Positions 60,431 through 64,000 of a DNA stretch of 64,000 nt are shown one piece after another. This DNA comes from Scyliorhinus canicula. Its lineage: Eukaryota. The DNA lies in the NCBI RefSeq assembly GCF_902713615.1, contig NC_052154.1:80827072-80891071 (forward strand), written 5' to 3'. The first letter of the stretch is position 1, and every line of letters begins with the position of its first letter. The notes beneath the pieces were generated by a model. It was not told where the DNA came from. It saw only the letters and a list, made by a program, of their open reading frames with translations, and made no database searches. A program made the translations under genes and the position numbers.

Positions 60431-60638
60431 TGATGTGGAGATGCCAGCATTGGACTGGGGTGGGCACAGTCAGAAGACTTACAACACCAGGTTAAATTCC
60501 GACAGGTTTGTTTCGAATCACTAGTTTTTGGAGCGCGGCTCCTTCATCAGGTGAGTGATGAAGGAGCTGCGCTCCAAAAGCTAGTGACTCGAAATAAATA
60601 TTTTGGACTTTAATCTGGTGTTGTCAGACTTCATACTG
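60431..60638. mobile_element. Penelope-type fold-back mini-element, hammerhead cores mutated, TSD TATCTTACA
   Basis: TSD at 60422-60430 and 60639-60647; GAAA changed to AAAA in both arms. Confidence 0.82.
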
Positions 60639-61131
60639 TATCTTACAGTTCAAAAACTATGACAATTCAGAGGTTTATCAGTAGTACAGGGAAATATAGT
60701 TGTACGTGAAATTTCAGATGGATTGTCTAAAAGTAGTGCTCTTGACAGAAATGTTACAAACACGTAAACACGAAGGCAGCCAGGAGCCAAATCACTTTCG
60801 GAACTTTATGGCGAAATTCTTCTTGGACAGCATGTCACATCGGTTGGATTTCTATTAGCAAGCTGTATCAGAGCAGCAACATGGAGGGCACGCAATCACA
60901 TCCATTTTCTGCTGTAATTCACACACCATACTGACGAGCAAATGTCAACATTCACATCTTAGAGACTACACGCTAGTATTCCCTCCCTACCCATTCAGAT
61001 AAATACCATCAATTTTAACAAAAGCCATCTTGCATGGCGTTGCAAATGTCACCGTGATCTAAAGGTTAAAAGCGCAATACAAAGCATTTCACTGCACAGA
61101 TATCGATCCATCATTGCTTAGTACTTGAGGT

Positions 61132-61930
61132 AATAATCTTTATTATTGTCACAAGTAGGTTTACATTAACACTGCAATGAAGGTACTGTGAATATCCCTA
61201 ATCGCCACACTATGGCGCCTGTTCGGGTACACTGAGGGAGAATTCAGAAAGTCAAATTCACCTAACAAGTACGTCTTTTGGGACTTTTGGGAGGAAACCG
61301 GAGCACCCGGAGGAACCCAATGTAGGCACGACGAGAAGGTGCAGACTCCGCACGGACAGAACCCCAAGCGGGATCCAAGCGCAGGACGCTGGCACTGTGA
61401 AGCAACAGTGCTAAGCATTGTGCTACCATGCATCGAAGTGGAGTCAAAATTCTAAAATCATTCAAGAGACAGTTAGAACCTGTAAGTGCAAATCATGTTT
61501 GTATACTGCAGAATAAGGATGGACAATGTGACCTTGCAGGTAAAGTTGCATGTTGAAAACGTTTAGCTTGATGTCTGTGTCCTAATTTTACTTCTGTTGT
61601 ATAAAAAAAGCCTTACACAACAATAAAAGTAAAAGTTATTTAATTTTATACCATTCAGCCCATCTAATCTGCACCGGCCCTCCAAAAGAGAACTGCCTCG
61701 CCCTATCCCCTTAAACCGCGCATTGATCATGGCCAAATCACATAACCTGCACGTCTTCGGACACTAAGGGGCAATTTTAGCATAGCCAATCCACCAAAAC
61801 CTGCATATATTTGGGCTGTGAGAGGAAACCGGAGCTTATCGATACGGAGAGAACGTGATACTTCCACACAGACAATTACCAATGCCGGCTCCCTGGCGCT
61901 ATGAGTGCAGTGCTAACGATTGTGCCCATA
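61132..61930 (-). mobile_element. Two SINEs (61132-61432, 61650-61930)
   Basis: Reverse complements of the HE1/V-type consensus. Confidence 0.8.
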
Positions 61931-63609
61931 ACTTGAACAATTTGTGTTAGAAAGCAGTTGTACGAGAACTTCAGATCTTAAGTCCTGGCTACGTCTACGT
62001 CAGGCTGATCTAGGGTAATCAGGCTTGTCTCCCGCCTGGTAACAGTCATGTTCAAAAATGTGTTGGGTTCGCCTCTAATATCATGTTCGACAGCATCTTT
62101 CAAAAAAAATAAAGCATTCGAGTGGTTTATCGTGATTCGAATAGTTCAATAATTTTGACAGGGAGAATCTTCTATATAAATATGTAGATTATGTGCAATA
62201 AGACGGATGCTAACCTGAATTTGAGCTGACTGCGTGTCAATACAAGTAATGCGAGGGTGCATTTGCAGCGCATGGTAAATATGGTAAGAAAACTTTTCAA
62301 TTTGCTAGAAGCGAAAGCATAGCTCGTAAACTAAAGCACTGTGAATGAAGATCAATCTACAGGCCAAAAAATAGATACCCAGCGCATTTGGAGGCCAAAC
62401 TGAAGATCACAGAATGTTCTTAAAGAGAGAAAGAGGAAAAATGAGATGGATAGAAAAGGAAAACGCAAATAGAAACAGTAGTATAGTCTAAAATGCAGCA
62501 ATCGTTTGATATTTCCTCCTTGCTTGGTGTGTTAGCAGATACCCTCTCCAATTATTTATTCCTACTTAGGATACCACTAACAGTCAATAAGCCTGGAAAT
62601 TGAGATCGACAACTTACATTTTGCTCTCGCTAGTCCAACAGTGGAGAATCAGATTGTAAGATCCACCACATAACCAATTGGTATTTTTCTTACAGGAACC
62701 TCGTATTAAATGTACAAGATATAAGTGGCACTGTATAACTCGCCATCTAAACAGAATTACAACAGCCAAAGTGGCTTAAAAGTAAGATAACTTGATGTTC
62801 TGCATGGCTGAGTACTGCATCTTGGAGTCGATTTGCTCACTGGGCCACCAGCTACTGAGAGAAATATTTGAATTGTATGTTTTATCGCTTGGCGAAAAAG
62901 GATGATCTGGTGCAGATCGTCAGAGTATCAAGAGCTACCGTTCTCCTTCTTTAGGTGAAAACTTTAAAAGTTGAATACAAAAATGTCATAGGGATATAAT
63001 GTGTCCCGGTAATTATCAGGGTGCGTCTGTGTTAAAGTTCCTGGGTTCTTCTGAAATAACGTTCAATTTAACATTTGTCTCCCAAACTGTTAGCAATTTG
63101 TACGAGGTTGCAGGTTTACTTGACTGTAACATAACATAATTCACATGCGTGTGCTTGTATCTAACTCTGCGGTTGCAAGCTCAATGTACAAACTTTTGTT
63201 TTTGTTTGAGCCGACAGGGGAGGTAACATTTTCTCTACTAGAAGTCTCTCTGCATCTCGGCTGCATAGGCAACCATCTTACAACTAGAAATAATGCAATG
63301 TCCATTGCTCCATTGTTTGTAAATTGTAGAACTGAAGTACTGGATAATATGGAACCCAGCCTCTTTGTTCTCAAACTTAGAACTATGTTGAGAAAGGTAC
63401 ATTCGCCCGAACGTCAGAATCATAAGGTAGAAAACTCTCTGAAAGTGATTCGTGTGAAATCACGAGTTTGTGATGGGTTAAGACATAGATCTAGACAGAA
63501 TGTATTATAAAACTTTTGTGTCTTGCAAGACGACACTCCGTTCTCATTGACATGTGTAACATTCTCAGAAAGCATGTATTGTTTTACTGGGCATGCGCCG
63601 TATCGTTAC

Positions 63610-63920
63610 AGGCCAGCATTGTAGCACAGTGGGTAGCACTGTTGCTTCACAGCGCCAGGGTGCCAGGTTAAATTCCCAGCTTTCCTCACTGTCTGTGCGG
63701 AGCCCGTTCGTTCTCCACGTGGCTGCATTGGTTTCCTCCTGGTGCTCCGGTCTCCTCCCAGAAGCCCAGAAAGACGTGCTTTTAGGTAATCTGGACATTC
63801 TGAATTCTCCCTTTGTGCACCTGAACAGGCGCCGGAATGTGGCGACGAGTGTCTTTTCACAGTAACTTCATTGCAGTGTTAATGTAAGCCTACTTTTGGC
63901 TATAAAGATTATTATTATTT
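63610..63920 (+). mobile_element. tRNA-derived V-type SINE
   Basis: Head, V-core and (ATT)n tail. Confidence 0.8.
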
Positions 63921-64000
63921 GGCGTTATGTCCATTTGTGCAGCCCAGACTTGCAGTAGGTTCACATGTGTGAGTGTTGGGCAATATTTGAGGTTCTGTTC

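Noticed and set aside
62300-62418. TM-like frame (KCAGSIFLACRLIFI) after a strong acceptor
   Set aside because: It has an in-frame stop before any donor, and the paralogous region (24400-24500) does not keep the frame.
63177-63194. ITIM-like SLYIEL in ORF 63141-63374 (-)
   Set aside because: It lies in DNA that aligns with non-coding sequence near 18150-18300 of the duplicated arm, and there is no supporting exon structure.
3271-63920. tRNA genes
   Set aside because: All A/B-box-like heads continue into SINE bodies, and none folds as a complete tRNA by eye.

Overview
Eukaryotic genomic DNA, almost certainly from a cartilaginous fish (shark). This is inferred from the HE1/V-type and Deu-type tRNA-derived SINEs, CR1, L1, Rex1/Babar and Penelope-type repeats. 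The window holds a cluster of three paralogous immunoglobulin-superfamily receptor genes with an antigen-receptor-chain-like layout: leader, single-exon V domain with a built-in J-type GxGSxLxV strand, C1 domain, stalk cysteine, TM and tyrosine-motif tail. Gene 1 (+, 1058-6727, 6 exons, 326 aa) is intact and has an ITIM plus an ITSM. Gene 2 (+, 27072-34152) is intact except for one small cytoplasmic exon I could not resolve; it has a TM-proximal Arg, a CART-like TM motif, one ITIM and a Tyr->Phe second motif. Gene 3 (-, 59335-57172) is a pseudogene lying in an inverted duplication of gene 2. Between them are two full-length decayed L1s, CR1 and Rex1 fragments, a nearly intact two-gene Harbinger DNA transposon, a VTA1 processed pseudogene, about 20 SINEs, seven short mostly fold-back Penelope-type insertions (several carrying minimal hammerhead ribozymes), and a CpG-rich promoter-like region with an unexplained minus-strand exon chain. 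All exon structures, alignments and identities were worked out by eye; no database search was run.
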